Below, in pieces: positions 12,880 through 22,378 of a stretch of 64,000 nt of DNA (the stretch's first letter is position 1; each line of letters starts with the position of its first letter). The notes under the pieces were generated by a model. That model did no database searches. It saw only the letters and a program-made list of their open reading frames with translations, and was not told the DNA's origin. This DNA is from Vicinamibacteria bacterium (GTDB lineage Bacteria; Acidobacteriota; Vicinamibacteria; Marinacidobacterales; Marinacidobacteraceae): contig CAXXLQ010000004.1 in NCBI GenBank assembly GCA_963668695.2, positions 2,496,001 through 2,560,000 of the forward strand, given 5' to 3'. Both the position numbers and the translations under genes were made by a program.

Positions 12880-14241
12880 ATGAGCAGCAGTCCGACCGAA
12901 TCCGTGTTGCAGGAGGAAACTCCGCCGGCCTGTCGTCCGCGGCTGAGCACCGAAGCCATCCGCGAGGCCCACCGCCGCTACGTTATGCCGGCGGTGCAGA
13001 CCTTCTACGACGAGCCCATGCCGATCGTCCGGGGCAAGGGGAAGCACGTCTGGGACTCGGACGGCAACCGCTATCTCGATTTCTTCGGCGGGATCCTCAC
13101 CGTCGGCCTCGGCCACTGCCATCCCGAGGTGAACCGGGCGATCCACGAGCAGGTGGACACCCTCCAGCACGTCACCACCATGTTCCCGAACCAGCCGATG
13201 GTGGAACTCGCCGAGCGCCTGGCCCGCCTGTCTCCCGGGGACTGCCGGAAGAGCTTCTTCACCAACTCCGGCACCGAGGCCAACGAGATGGCCCTGCTGC
13301 TCGCCGAAATGCATACCGGGCGGTCCGAAATAATCGCCCTCCGCCACGGCTACAGCGGCCGCAGCCGGTTGACCATGGGCGCCACCGGACAGGCGCCCTG
13401 GCGCCTCGGGGCCAGCACCGCCGCGGGTGTCCGCCATGTCGCGAACGCCTACTGCTACCGCTGTCCCTTCGGTCTCGAATACCCCTCCTGCGACCTCCGC
13501 TGCGCCCGCGACATCGAGGACGTGATCCAGACCACCACCTCGGGCCGGATCGCCGGGTTTATCGCCGAGCCAATTCAGGGAGTGGGCGGGTTCATCACCC
13601 CGCCGCCCGGATACTTCGAGATTGCCGTGGAGATCGTACGGCGCTACGGCGGGGTCTTCATCTGCGATGAGGTGCAGACGGGGTGGGGCCGCACGGGCGG
13701 AACCCTGAACGGAATCGAACACTGGGACGTGGAGCCGGACATCGTCACCTACGCCAAGGGGCTCGGGAACGGGGTGCCGGTGGGAGCCACGGTCGCCACC
13801 GACGAAGTCGCGGATGCAATACAAGGCAACACGCTCTCGACCTTTGGCGGCAATCCGGTGAGCATGGCCGCCGCCGGAGCGGTTCTGGAGGTGGTCGAAC
13901 GCGAAAACCTCGCAGAGAATGCGGAACGCGTGGGCGCCCATCTCCGGGCAGGACTCGAAGACCTCGCCGAGGCCCATCCGGCGATTGGCGACGTGCGCGG
14001 GAAGGGGCTCATGCAGGCGATCGAGTTCGTCGAGGATCGGGACACGAAGGCGCCTGACGCCCGTTTCACCGCCTGCCTGCTCGAAAAGGCGCGCGACGAG
14101 GGGCTTCTGATTGGAAAGGCCGGGCTCTACGGCAACTGCGTCCGCATCTCGCCGCCGCTCAACATCGGGGTCTCCGATGTGAACGACGCGCTGGTACTCC
14201 TCGAACGGGCGCTGACCGCCACCGAGGCCGCGCTCCGTTGA
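12880..14241 (+). CDS. Class III PLP aminotransferase (AGXT2/GABA-AT-like)
   Basis: YLDFFGGI, NSGTEANE, AEPIQGVGG, DEVQTGWGRTG, AKGLGNG, TFGGNP. Confidence 0.92.
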   Translation: MSSSPTESVLQEETPPACRPRLSTEAIREAHRRYVMPAVQTFYDEPMPIVRGKGKHVWDSDGNRYLDFFGGILTVGLGHCHPEVNRAIHEQVDTLQHVTTMFPNQPMVELAERLARLSPGDCRKSFFTNSGTEANEMALLLAEMHTGRSEIIALRHGYSGRSRLTMGATGQAPWRLGASTAAGVRHVANAYCYRCPFGLEYPSCDLRCARDIEDVIQTTTSGRIAGFIAEPIQGVGGFITPPPGYFEIAVEIVRRYGGVFICDEVQTGWGRTGGTLNGIEHWDVEPDIVTYAKGLGNGVPVGATVATDEVADAIQGNTLSTFGGNPVSMAAAGAVLEVVERENLAENAERVGAHLRAGLEDLAEAHPAIGDVRGKGLMQAIEFVEDRDTKAPDARFTACLLEKARDEGLLIGKAGLYGNCVRISPPLNIGVSDVNDALVLLERALTATEAALR

Positions 14242-14261
14242 CTTCCGGGTCCGCCGCGGCG

Positions 14262-14422
14262 CCGCCGGCAGCAGGAGGCCCGCCGCCGGCAGCAGGAGCC
14301 GCCGGCAGCAGGAGGCCCGCCCGGCAGCAGGAGGCCCGCCGGCCAGGAGGCCAGGAGGCCCGCCGCCGGCAGCAGGAGGCCCGCCGCCGGCAGCAGGAGG
14401 CCAGCCGGCGGTAGGAGGCCAG
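14262..14422. repeat. Imperfect ~21-bp tandem repeat (CCGCCGCCGGCAGCAGGAGGC)
   Basis: About 8 degenerate units between the aminotransferase stop and the CoA-transferase core. Confidence 0.85.
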
Positions 14423-15562
14423 CCGCTCGCGGGAATCCGCATTCTGGACCTGTCCAGAATCCTGGCCGGCCCCTACGCCACGATGATGCTCGCCGACCTC
14501 GGCGCCGAGGTGATCAAGATCGAGCCGCCCGCCGGGGATGACACCCGGACCTGGGGCCCGCCCTTTGCTGGCGGGGAGGCCGCCTACTTCGTGGCCGTCA
14601 ACCGGGGAAAAAAGAGCGTCACGCTCAACCTCAAGACCGAAGAAGGCTCCGAGGCCCTCTGGCGGCTGGTCGCGAGCAGCGACGTGCTGGTCGAGAACTT
14701 TCGGCCGGGGACGATGGCCCGGCTCGGGTTTTCTCCCGAGCGGGTTCAGAACCGTCACCCTCGGCTGGTCTGGTGCTCGGTCTCCGCCTACGGCCAGTAC
14801 GGGCCGCTCTCGTCCAAGCCGGGTTACGACGCGATCATGCAGGGCGAGGCCGGCTGGATGGGCCTTACCGGTCCGCCCGAGGGGCCGCCCACCAAGGTCG
14901 GGGCCTCCCTGGCCGACATCTGCGCCGGGATGATGGCGAGTTCCGGCATCCTGGCTGCCCTGTTCGCGCGGGAGCGGGACGGGCGGGGCCGCCGGGTGGA
15001 TGTGGCGCTCTTCGATTCGGTGGTGGCCACCCTCTGCTACCAGGCGCAGGGGTATCTGCTCACCGGTGAGGAGCCGGTCCGAAGCGGCAACAACCATCCC
15101 TCGCTGACGCCCTACGAAAGCTTCGAAGCGTCGGACGGGCACGTGATCGTGGGCGTCGGCAACGACGCGATCTGGAAGCGCTTCTGTGCGGTGGCGTGTC
15201 CCCACCTGGACCGTTCCGGGTTCGAAAAGAACCCCGACCGGGTGCGCCGGCGCCCCGAACTCCGCGCCCTGCTCGAGCCGGTCTTCCGTGCCCGGGGGGT
15301 CGCCGAGTGGGAGCGGATGCTGGACGCAGCCGGCGTTCCGGTGGGCCGGGTCCGAAGCGTGGCGGAGATCGTGGCGAGCCCGCAGCTTCAGGCGCGTGGG
15401 ATGGTGGTGGAACGCGAGCACCCCGCGGTCGGCACCCTCCGGATGGTCGGGAACCCGGTCCAGTTCGACGGGCAGAACCACACCGCCGCCCTCCCGCCGC
15501 CACTCCAGGGCCAGCACACCGAGGAGGTCCTCCGCGCCGTCCGGCCTCCACCGGACTACTGA
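14423..15562 (+). CDS. Family III CoA-transferase (CaiB/BaiF); true start unresolved
   Basis: PLAGIRILDLSRILAGPYATMMLADLGAEVIKIE begins upstream of the ATG at 14483; also NRGKKS, ENFRPG, PGYD, GQHTEEVL. Confidence 0.9.
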   Translation, partial: PLAGIRILDLSRILAGPYATMMLADLGAEVIKIEPPAGDDTRTWGPPFAGGEAAYFVAVNRGKKSVTLNLKTEEGSEALWRLVASSDVLVENFRPGTMARLGFSPERVQNRHPRLVWCSVSAYGQYGPLSSKPGYDAIMQGEAGWMGLTGPPEGPPTKVGASLADICAGMMASSGILAALFARERDGRGRRVDVALFDSVVATLCYQAQGYLLTGEEPVRSGNNHPSLTPYESFEASDGHVIVGVGNDAIWKRFCAVACPHLDRSGFEKNPDRVRRRPELRALLEPVFRARGVAEWERMLDAAGVPVGRVRSVAEIVASPQLQARGMVVEREHPAVGTLRMVGNPVQFDGQNHTAALPPPLQGQHTEEVLRAVRPPPDY

Positions 15563-15644
15563 ACCGCCGCCTCCGAGCCGCACCCGGCACGGTAGCGGCC
15601 GTCATACTCAAGTGTCGTACAGGTGTAATTCACCGGTACGGATC

Positions 15645-16652
15645 ATGAATTCCTGCCGCGGAGTGCCCGGACGTCGATTCCTCCCGGGGAGCCTTCTGGT
15701 GTTCCTCATGACCTTCGGGCTGGGGATGTCGGAGGGATACCGGTTCCTGTTCGCCGATTTCGAGGGGACGCCGGCGCCCACCTACTGGGATCCCGCAAAG
15801 TGGGGTTCGGAGGAAACCCTTTCGTTTGTGCTCGTTGAGGCTCCGGAGTGGCTGGAGATGTTTTCCGGCATGGCTGAGGTCGAGAACTTCATCGAAGACG
15901 ACCTGATGGATGAGTGGTCGAACCTCACGACAGCAGATATTCGGTGGGAAATCGGAAGCGTCTCGACGAGCGTCGTGGACGACGCCTACAACATCCGGGT
16001 GAGTGACCGAACGACGTTCGCTACCTCCCTGATAACCAGAAAGAGGTCCGGCATCGTCGATTGCCAGATCTCCCTGGCGCCGCGCCTCCTGCGGACGCAT
16101 CGCCTGATCCTGGGGGACTCTCTCATTCACGAATTGGGCCACTGCCTCGGGCTCGGTCACGCGGCGAACTACTGGCCCGACGCCCACTTCATCGGTAGGA
16201 ATCTGGAACCGCCCGCGGCCTGGGCAGACGATCCCGTCATGTCCTACGGACGGACCCTGGGGGAGGTCACTTCCGATGATTCCATCGGCGCCTCCCTGCT
16301 GCGGCCGGCGTCCGGCTGGAAGGCGCGAACCGGAAGCATCTCGGGCACCGTGCTGAACGAGGATGGCGACGGCGCCGCGGTCGTGCACGTGCTGGCCACC
16401 CGCCTCGACGGCAGCGGCAACCTGGGAGCGAGCGCCGGCCGCTTCACGAACACCTCGGGCGAGTTCGTCCTCGAAGGACTGCCGGTCGGGCGCTATCTCC
16501 TGCTGGTCCGGCCCATCGTGGACGCGGACCCGCACGGCGACCTGATCCGCCTCGCCGAAACCGGAATCCGCGATGCGCTTCGGGCGTCGCTCGTTTCCGT
16601 GACCGCCGGCGCGGATGCCGGGCCGGTGACGATCCGGGTGCGGGACCGCTAG
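15645..16652 (+). CDS. Secreted metzincin (matrixin-like) metalloprotease with C-terminal carboxypeptidase-regulatory-like domain
   Basis: Signal-like N-terminus, HELGHCLGLGH zinc motif, Met-turn PVMSY, then GSISGTV...GEFVLEGLPVGRY. Confidence 0.85.
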   Translation: MNSCRGVPGRRFLPGSLLVFLMTFGLGMSEGYRFLFADFEGTPAPTYWDPAKWGSEETLSFVLVEAPEWLEMFSGMAEVENFIEDDLMDEWSNLTTADIRWEIGSVSTSVVDDAYNIRVSDRTTFATSLITRKRSGIVDCQISLAPRLLRTHRLILGDSLIHELGHCLGLGHAANYWPDAHFIGRNLEPPAAWADDPVMSYGRTLGEVTSDDSIGASLLRPASGWKARTGSISGTVLNEDGDGAAVVHVLATRLDGSGNLGASAGRFTNTSGEFVLEGLPVGRYLLLVRPIVDADPHGDLIRLAETGIRDALRASLVSVTAGADAGPVTIRVRDR

Positions 16653-16656
16653 GGTC

Positions 16657-19503
16657 ATGATCGAAGCACGGTGTCGGTGGCTTTCACGGATCTCCGGCGC
16701 GCTTTTCATCCTCGGCCTCGGCGGCGCTCCGGGGTGCGACACCCCCACGACGCCGGCTCCTGAGAGTCCGGCGATCCCCGGCTCCCCGCCGTCGGTTCCA
16801 CCGTCCGGGCCGGCTCCACCTGCCGCGCAGCCCCCGCCCGCCCAGCCCGCGCCGCCCCCGGGGCCGGAACAGCCCCCTCCACCGCCCGAGCGTCCCGTCC
16901 CGCCGTCCTCTGGTGGCGGTGGTGGCGGTGGCGGCGGTGGTGGTGGTGGTGGTGGTGGTGGTGGTGGTGGTGGTGGTGGTGGTGGTGGTGGTGGTGGTGG
17001 TGGTGGCGGTCTGACGACCATGAGCGGACCGCGGCCGACCGGAATCATCGCCGCCAATCCCGACGCGATTTTCCGGGGGGAATGCTCCAACCTGAACTGG
17101 TTCACCGAGGACGCCACCAGCCAGTCCATCAACCAGGGAATCGGGTCGGTCCCGGCTCGCGGACACCGCCTGATCTGCCCCACGAGGACCACGACCTACA
17201 CGCTGAGTGCGTCCGGCCCCGGGGGATCCCTGTCCCTCGCTCCCTCGGTGACGATCACGGTGACGGCACCCCCGCCGACCGGTGACCTGGGGGTAATCAC
17301 CACACCCATCCAGCGCGGGGAATGTACGGATCTCACCTGGTCCACCACCGGAACGGCCAGCCGGAGGATCCAGCCTGACGTCGGGAGCGTCGGGCCGCAG
17401 GGCCGGGAGGCAGTCTGTCCCGGGGTCACGACCACCTACACGCTGACCGCCTCGGGCCCGGGGGGATCCCTGGATCCCGAGCCCGCCGTCACCGTCGTCG
17501 TCATCCAACCCACCCCGACGGGGCAGCTCTCCGCGACCCGCCCGGCGCTGATCTCAGGGGAGTGCACGGAGCTGCTCTGGGTTACCACGGGGACGACCAG
17601 CCAGACCATTGCGCCGGGCATCGGGAGCGTGCCGGTCTCCGGATCCCGCAACGGGGTCTGTCCGACGGCTACCACGACGTACACCCTGACCGCGACCGGT
17701 CCGGGAGGCACGGTGACGCCCGCGCCGGAGGTGACCGTTACCGTGGTTCCGGCGCCGCCGACCGCGAGTCTCAACGCGAATCCGCCGAGCGTCACCTCGG
17801 GAAACTGTTCGACCCTGAACTGGAGCACGACGGACGCTACCGATGTGTCCCTGAACCAGGGGATCGGCAGCGTGTCCACCAGCGGATCCCGGCAAGTCTG
17901 TCCGACAACTTCCACGGCGTACACCCTGACCGTCTCCGGGCCGGGCGGATCGCTCAGCCCGAGCCCCGAGGTCACGGTTACGGTGGCGGCTTCGTCGTCC
18001 GCCCCGACGGGAACGATTGGAGTTGACCCGGTGTTTCTGGACCGCGGCGAATGCTCAGCGCTCAGTTGGAGCACGACGGACGCGACGAGCCAGTCCATCG
18101 ATCAGGGGATCGGCAGCGTCGCCGCCAGCGGTTCGCAGCGGATCTGCCCGACCGAGACGACGACCTACACCCTGACCGCCTCCGGTTCCGGAGGTTCCCT
18201 GAGCCCCGAACCCACGGCCACCGTGACCGTGGAACAGCCCAAACCGGACGGTGACCTGTTCGCCGATCCCGAGCGGATCAGCCGGGGGCAGTGTTCCACC
18301 TTGAGCTGGATTACCCGGGACACGCCCATCCGGTCCATCGATCAGGGGATCGGCAGCGTCGCGGCCAGCGGATCCCGTTCGGTCTGCCCGACGGAGACGA
18401 CAACCTACCGACTCACTGGTTCGGGCCCCGGGGGGAATCTGAACACGATGGTGACGGTCCAGGTCGTCCAGCCGGTGCCGACGGGAACTCTGACCGCCAG
18501 CCCGGAAGAGATCGAGACGGGGAAATGCTCCACGCTGACCTGGCGCACCGCCGAAACCACCACCCGTTCCATCGATCAGGGAGTCGGGGACGTGGCGGCC
18601 TCGGGTTCCGAACAAGTCTGTCCGACCGAGACGACGACCTACACCCTGACCGCCTCCGGACCGGGAGGATCCCTGACGCCGTCGCCCTTCGCCACCATCA
18701 TGGTCAAAGAGCCGCCCGCGTCCGAGGTCCGCTGCGAGATGGTGAGCGTGTCCACGGAGACCCCCATCCGGGCTGGCGAGGGCTATGGCATCTGCCGCGA
18801 CGACTTCTTCGTGGACATCACCATCGAAACGAAGGACGCCGACACCACGGTCCTGGACCTCGGGGAGCCCTACCGCATCTTCGACTGGCAGGTTGAGACG
18901 ATCACCGACGGCCTCCGGCACTCGGTGCGCCTTCACTGGAACCCCCGGGACGAAGAGGGTCTGCTGCCCTCTTCCGGCAGAGCAAGGCCCCTAATCGTCC
19001 AGGCGTGTCCCGAGGGGGACGTGGGAACGTTCGTCGCTTGTGACGACCTCGGATGCACCACGTATAACGACGAAAGCGACATCCCCGACGTGCGGACGCC
19101 GCTCAGCCTGCGGCCTTCCACCAACATCGTGCTCGAGAGTCCCTGGATGGAATCCGAGGTCCAGGACGTCGAGGAGGGGACGCAGCTCGACATTCCGATT
19201 TCCTACGAGATCGACGGAAGCTTCACCGGGAGCATTTTCGTGGAGGCGTCCCTCACCATCGTAGGCAGCTCCGCGAACGCCAGCCGGCGGTTGGTTTCCT
19301 TCAGGAGACTGGTGACCGCGGATGTGACCCCGAACGCCTCCGGAAACCTCGATTTCTGGGTGGTGCCGAATCTGACTTCGGAAGACGAGGGGACGCATAC
19401 GGTGAAGCTCAACTTCCAGGTCGGGTTGTCCACTTCCAGCGCTTCCGACTGCATCGTCCCGCCGAATTCGGTGCAATTCCGGGTCATCGAGGCCCAGCCA
19501 TAG
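16657..19503 (+). CDS. Large surface lipoprotein with Pro-rich stalk, poly-Gly tract and 7 Ig-like repeats
   Basis: Hydrophobic leader ending GAPGC; 33 Gly; seven GxCxxLxW...CPxxTTxYxLTxSGxGG repeats. Confidence 0.85.
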   Translation: MIEARCRWLSRISGALFILGLGGAPGCDTPTTPAPESPAIPGSPPSVPPSGPAPPAAQPPPAQPAPPPGPEQPPPPPERPVPPSSGGGGGGGGGGGGGGGGGGGGGGGGGGGGGGGGGLTTMSGPRPTGIIAANPDAIFRGECSNLNWFTEDATSQSINQGIGSVPARGHRLICPTRTTTYTLSASGPGGSLSLAPSVTITVTAPPPTGDLGVITTPIQRGECTDLTWSTTGTASRRIQPDVGSVGPQGREAVCPGVTTTYTLTASGPGGSLDPEPAVTVVVIQPTPTGQLSATRPALISGECTELLWVTTGTTSQTIAPGIGSVPVSGSRNGVCPTATTTYTLTATGPGGTVTPAPEVTVTVVPAPPTASLNANPPSVTSGNCSTLNWSTTDATDVSLNQGIGSVSTSGSRQVCPTTSTAYTLTVSGPGGSLSPSPEVTVTVAASSSAPTGTIGVDPVFLDRGECSALSWSTTDATSQSIDQGIGSVAASGSQRICPTETTTYTLTASGSGGSLSPEPTATVTVEQPKPDGDLFADPERISRGQCSTLSWITRDTPIRSIDQGIGSVAASGSRSVCPTETTTYRLTGSGPGGNLNTMVTVQVVQPVPTGTLTASPEEIETGKCSTLTWRTAETTTRSIDQGVGDVAASGSEQVCPTETTTYTLTASGPGGSLTPSPFATIMVKEPPASEVRCEMVSVSTETPIRAGEGYGICRDDFFVDITIETKDADTTVLDLGEPYRIFDWQVETITDGLRHSVRLHWNPRDEEGLLPSSGRARPLIVQACPEGDVGTFVACDDLGCTTYNDESDIPDVRTPLSLRPSTNIVLESPWMESEVQDVEEGTQLDIPISYEIDGSFTGSIFVEASLTIVGSSANASRRLVSFRRLVTADVTPNASGNLDFWVVPNLTSEDEGTHTVKLNFQVGLSTSSASDCIVPPNSVQFRVIEAQP
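16912..17010 (+). repeat. (GGT/GGC)33 microsatellite encoding poly-Gly
   Basis: Direct reading of the sequence. Confidence 0.95.
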
Positions 19504-19531
19504 CGGGAAACGCGCGGCCGCCGCGCTGTTA

Positions 19532-19754
19532 GCAGCCTGTGGTGAAACCCGGAAGGCATCCATTCGCGGCGCGCAGCGCCGCGGGGGTGGGGTGTGGGGA
19601 GGGGTTTCCCCTCCCCACGAAAGACGATGGTGCGAATCGCGCAGCGATTCGCACCATCAACCCGTGGGGAAAGCGCCCCGCACGCACACAAACCGACGGA
19701 TTCGCCGCGCGCGACCTCCTGGGGCTCGTGCGGGGTGCTTTCACCACGGGCTGT
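19532..19754. mobile_element. MITE-like element with the family ends but a different hairpin-rich interior
   Basis: GCAGCCTGTGGTGAAA...TTTCACCACGGGCTGT ends; internal palindromes GTGGGGAGGGG-ttt-CCCCTCCCCAC and GATGGTGCGAATCGC-gca-GCGATTCGCACCATC. Confidence 0.75.
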
Positions 19755-19756
19755 CA

Positions 19757-19937
19757 GCAGTCTGTGGACAACGTCGCGGGAGGGCCGAGAGCGGCGAGGC
19801 GCCCGGCTGACAAGGCGCGCGAGGGAGGAATACCGCGTGTATTTCGACCGAAGCGCAACGATGAGCGACGCGAAGCGGCGCGGTCCAGGCGGGATGCATC
19901 GCCGGTCGAACACCCCGCGACGTTGTTCACGGGCTGC
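19757..19937 (+). mobile_element. MITE-like repeat, copy 2
   Basis: GCAGTCTGTGGACAACGTCGCGGG...CCCGCGACGTTGTTCACGGGCTGC plus the shared core. Confidence 0.85.
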
Positions 19938-19982
19938 TAGCATTTGATCGGTTGGGGTGAGGTAGGGAGGCGGAGAGGCGCG

Positions 19983-20933
19983 ATGGAAACCGCACAAAAC
20001 ACCGGGGGCAGCGCTCCGGTGCGCCGCTCGGCAGGCTGGCTGGCTGGCCTCGCCTCGGGCGGTTCGGCATCCAGCCCGGCGGAGCCGATCTGGAAGCAGC
20101 GATCGGCGCTCGCCTCGGCCGCCTTCCACCTGGCGCTGGCAGCCCTCGTATTCCTGCCGAGGTTCGGTTTCTTCGACGCGTCGGACGAGCGGATGATGGG
20201 CAGCCCCCTCTTCCAGTTCCGGATCGCCGGGGGCGAAGGCGCCGGCGGTGGCGGTGGCGGCGGCGGCAGCCGCGGGGAGCGGATCAGCGCCTACATTCCG
20301 GTCCGGGTGGAATCGCCAACCCCCCAGCCCGAACTCGAAACCCCGCGCGAGGCCCCCATCGCTCCGCGGAAGCCGCGGCCCCTCCGCTTCGAGGACCTGG
20401 GGAACGTCGCCGATCAGCCGGATCTGACGAACCTGGTTCTGGGAGATGTCTTTTCTCCGCAGGCGGTCGATTTCCCCGGGCTCTCGCTCGACGACTTCGG
20501 CGACTCCGGAGGGCGTGATACCGCGCCGAGCGCGGGTACCGGTGGGGGTGTCGGCGGCGGCGAGGGGATCGGGACCGGCGAGGGGCAGGGATGGGGAGTC
20601 GGCCCCGGGTACGGGGGCGGCTCGGGTGGCGGCGCCTACAGCTCCGGGGGCTATGACGTGGAGCCGCGCCTCCTCTACGAACCCCCCGAGCCGCCCTATC
20701 CCGAGTCGGCGCGGCGGCGGAAAATCACCGGCGAAGTGATGCTTCGTGTTCTCGTCAAGCTCGATGGGACCACGGAGGTGCTCGGGATCATCAAGTCCGG
20801 GTGCCGGGTCTGCGTCGAAACGGCGCGGCAGCACGCGCTCCTCTATCGCTGGAAGCCGGCCCTCAAGGACGGAAAGCCGGTGGAGGCGATCGGGGTCATC
20901 AGCGTCACCTTCGGCCTGTTCCCGACCGGTTAG
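19983..20933 (+). CDS. TonB-family energy transducer
   Basis: N-terminal TM with SAAFH, Gly-rich linker, PPYPESARRRKITGEVMLRVLV...WKPALKDGKPV C-terminal domain. Confidence 0.85.
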   Translation: METAQNTGGSAPVRRSAGWLAGLASGGSASSPAEPIWKQRSALASAAFHLALAALVFLPRFGFFDASDERMMGSPLFQFRIAGGEGAGGGGGGGGSRGERISAYIPVRVESPTPQPELETPREAPIAPRKPRPLRFEDLGNVADQPDLTNLVLGDVFSPQAVDFPGLSLDDFGDSGGRDTAPSAGTGGGVGGGEGIGTGEGQGWGVGPGYGGGSGGGAYSSGGYDVEPRLLYEPPEPPYPESARRRKITGEVMLRVLVKLDGTTEVLGIIKSGCRVCVETARQHALLYRWKPALKDGKPVEAIGVISVTFGLFPTG

Positions 20934-20949
20934 CTCCGGCCCAGACGGC

Positions 20950-21489
20950 GTGACTCCCCCTGACGGCACGGCGGCGGCCCCGCCCGAGATCCTCTCGGCG
21001 GAGGTCATCGCCGCGCGGGTGAAATCACTCGCCGAGGAGATCGCCGCCGCTCACGCCGACCGGAAGCTGCATCTTCTGGTGGTACTCCGCGGAGCCTTCG
21101 TGTTCGCGGCCGATCTGGTGCGCGAACTCCATGCGCGGGGCATCGAGGTGACCGTAGATTTCTGCCGGGTGGCGTCCTACGGCGACGGCACCGAGCCGGG
21201 GAGTCCCGCCGTAGAGCTCTACCACCCCGAGACCCTCACCGACCGCGACGTGCTGATCGTGGAGGACATCGTGGACACCGGGATCGCGCTGGAAGCCCTC
21301 ATGCGGGCGGTGGAGTCGGCGGGGCCCCGTTCCGTGGGGTGCGCGGCGCTGCTTTCCAAACCGTCCCGCCGCCGCGTCGCTGTCCAGGCGGACTTCATCG
21401 GCTTCGTCGTTCCCGACCAGTTCCTGGTGGGCTACGGCCTCGACTACGCCGGCCGCTACCGCCACCTCCCCTACGTGGGCGTGCTGTAG
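20950..21489 (+). CDS. hpt: Hypoxanthine phosphoribosyltransferase
   Basis: VLRGAFVFAADL, VLIVEDIVDTG, FLVGYGLDYAGRYRHLPY. Confidence 0.93.
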   Translation: MTPPDGTAAAPPEILSAEVIAARVKSLAEEIAAAHADRKLHLLVVLRGAFVFAADLVRELHARGIEVTVDFCRVASYGDGTEPGSPAVELYHPETLTDRDVLIVEDIVDTGIALEALMRAVESAGPRSVGCAALLSKPSRRRVAVQADFIGFVVPDQFLVGYGLDYAGRYRHLPYVGVL

Positions 21490-21517
21490 GGGACGGGACG
21501 CAGTCCGAGGCTTCCCG

Positions 21518-22378
21518 TCAGCCTCCTCGAAATTCCTCCTCCGCGGCCGCCGCCCCGAGCAGCCGCCCGAGCGTCGGCGCCGCCCGCGCCGCGGCCTCGT
21601 TCACATGCGCCGCAGCGAGCGGCCCCTCGCCCATTCCCGCCGCGAGGTTCGAGGCAAAGGCGAGCCCCGCGAGCCGGATTCCGAGATGGCGCGCCGCGAT
21701 CGCTTCGAGCACCACCGACATGCCCACCACGTCCGCGCCGATCGTCCGCAGCATCCGGATCTCGGCCGGGGTTTCGAACTGGGGGCCCCGCACCCCGGCG
21801 TAGACCCCGGAGAGCAGGCGGATCCCGATCCGCGAGGCGGCGCGCTCGAGCGCCGCTCCGAGTCGTTCGTCCCAGGCCCGGGTCATGTCCGGAAAGCGCG
21901 GCTCGGGCCCGGGTTCCGGGCCCTCGAGGGGGCTCGCACCGGTCAGGTTGAGGTGGTCGTCAATCCGCAGGAAATCCCCGACCCGGAGCTCCGGATGGAT
22001 GGCGCCTACCGCTGCGGTAAGGACCAGCCGCCGGACGCCGAGCGTCCCCAGGAGCCGCACCGCGAAGACGGCCTCTTCCGGAGTTCGCCCCTCGTAGAGA
22101 TGGTGTCTGCCGAGTAGCACCGCTACTGGCAGCGGGGTCCCGGAATCGGCAGGCAGATCGCCGACCAGGAGCCGGCTCCGGTGGCCCGGGGCCGAACACG
22201 CGGCGAGCCCCGGGACGCTCTCGTAGGGGAGGGAGCGGGCGTCCGGGACTCCAGCCGCGACGCCGGCCAGTCCGGAGCCGAGGACGATCCCGAGCTCCGG
22301 GAACGGCCGGTCCTTCCCGTACCACGCCCGGATAGAGGCGGCCGCCTCCGAAAGGCGCACTTCGACGGCGGGGTTCAC
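21518..22378 (-). CDS. punA: Purine-nucleoside phosphorylase (trimeric type)
   Basis: GIVLGSGL, GRHHLYEG, DHLNL, GPQFETPAE, GADVVGMS. Confidence 0.9.
   Translation of the reverse strand: MNPAVEVRLSEAAASIRAWYGKDRPFPELGIVLGSGLAGVAAGVPDARSLPYESVPGLAACSAPGHRSRLLVGDLPADSGTPLPVAVLLGRHHLYEGRTPEEAVFAVRLLGTLGVRRLVLTAAVGAIHPELRVGDFLRIDDHLNLTGASPLEGPEPGPEPRFPDMTRAWDERLGAALERAASRIGIRLLSGVYAGVRGPQFETPAEIRMLRTIGADVVGMSVVLEAIAARHLGIRLAGLAFASNLAAGMGEGPLAAAHVNEAAARAAPTLGRLLGAAAAEEEFRGG

Noticed and set aside
15630-17192. Poly-Pro and poly-Thr minus-strand ORFs
   Set aside because: Antisense readings of the (GGT)n tract in the lipoprotein gene.
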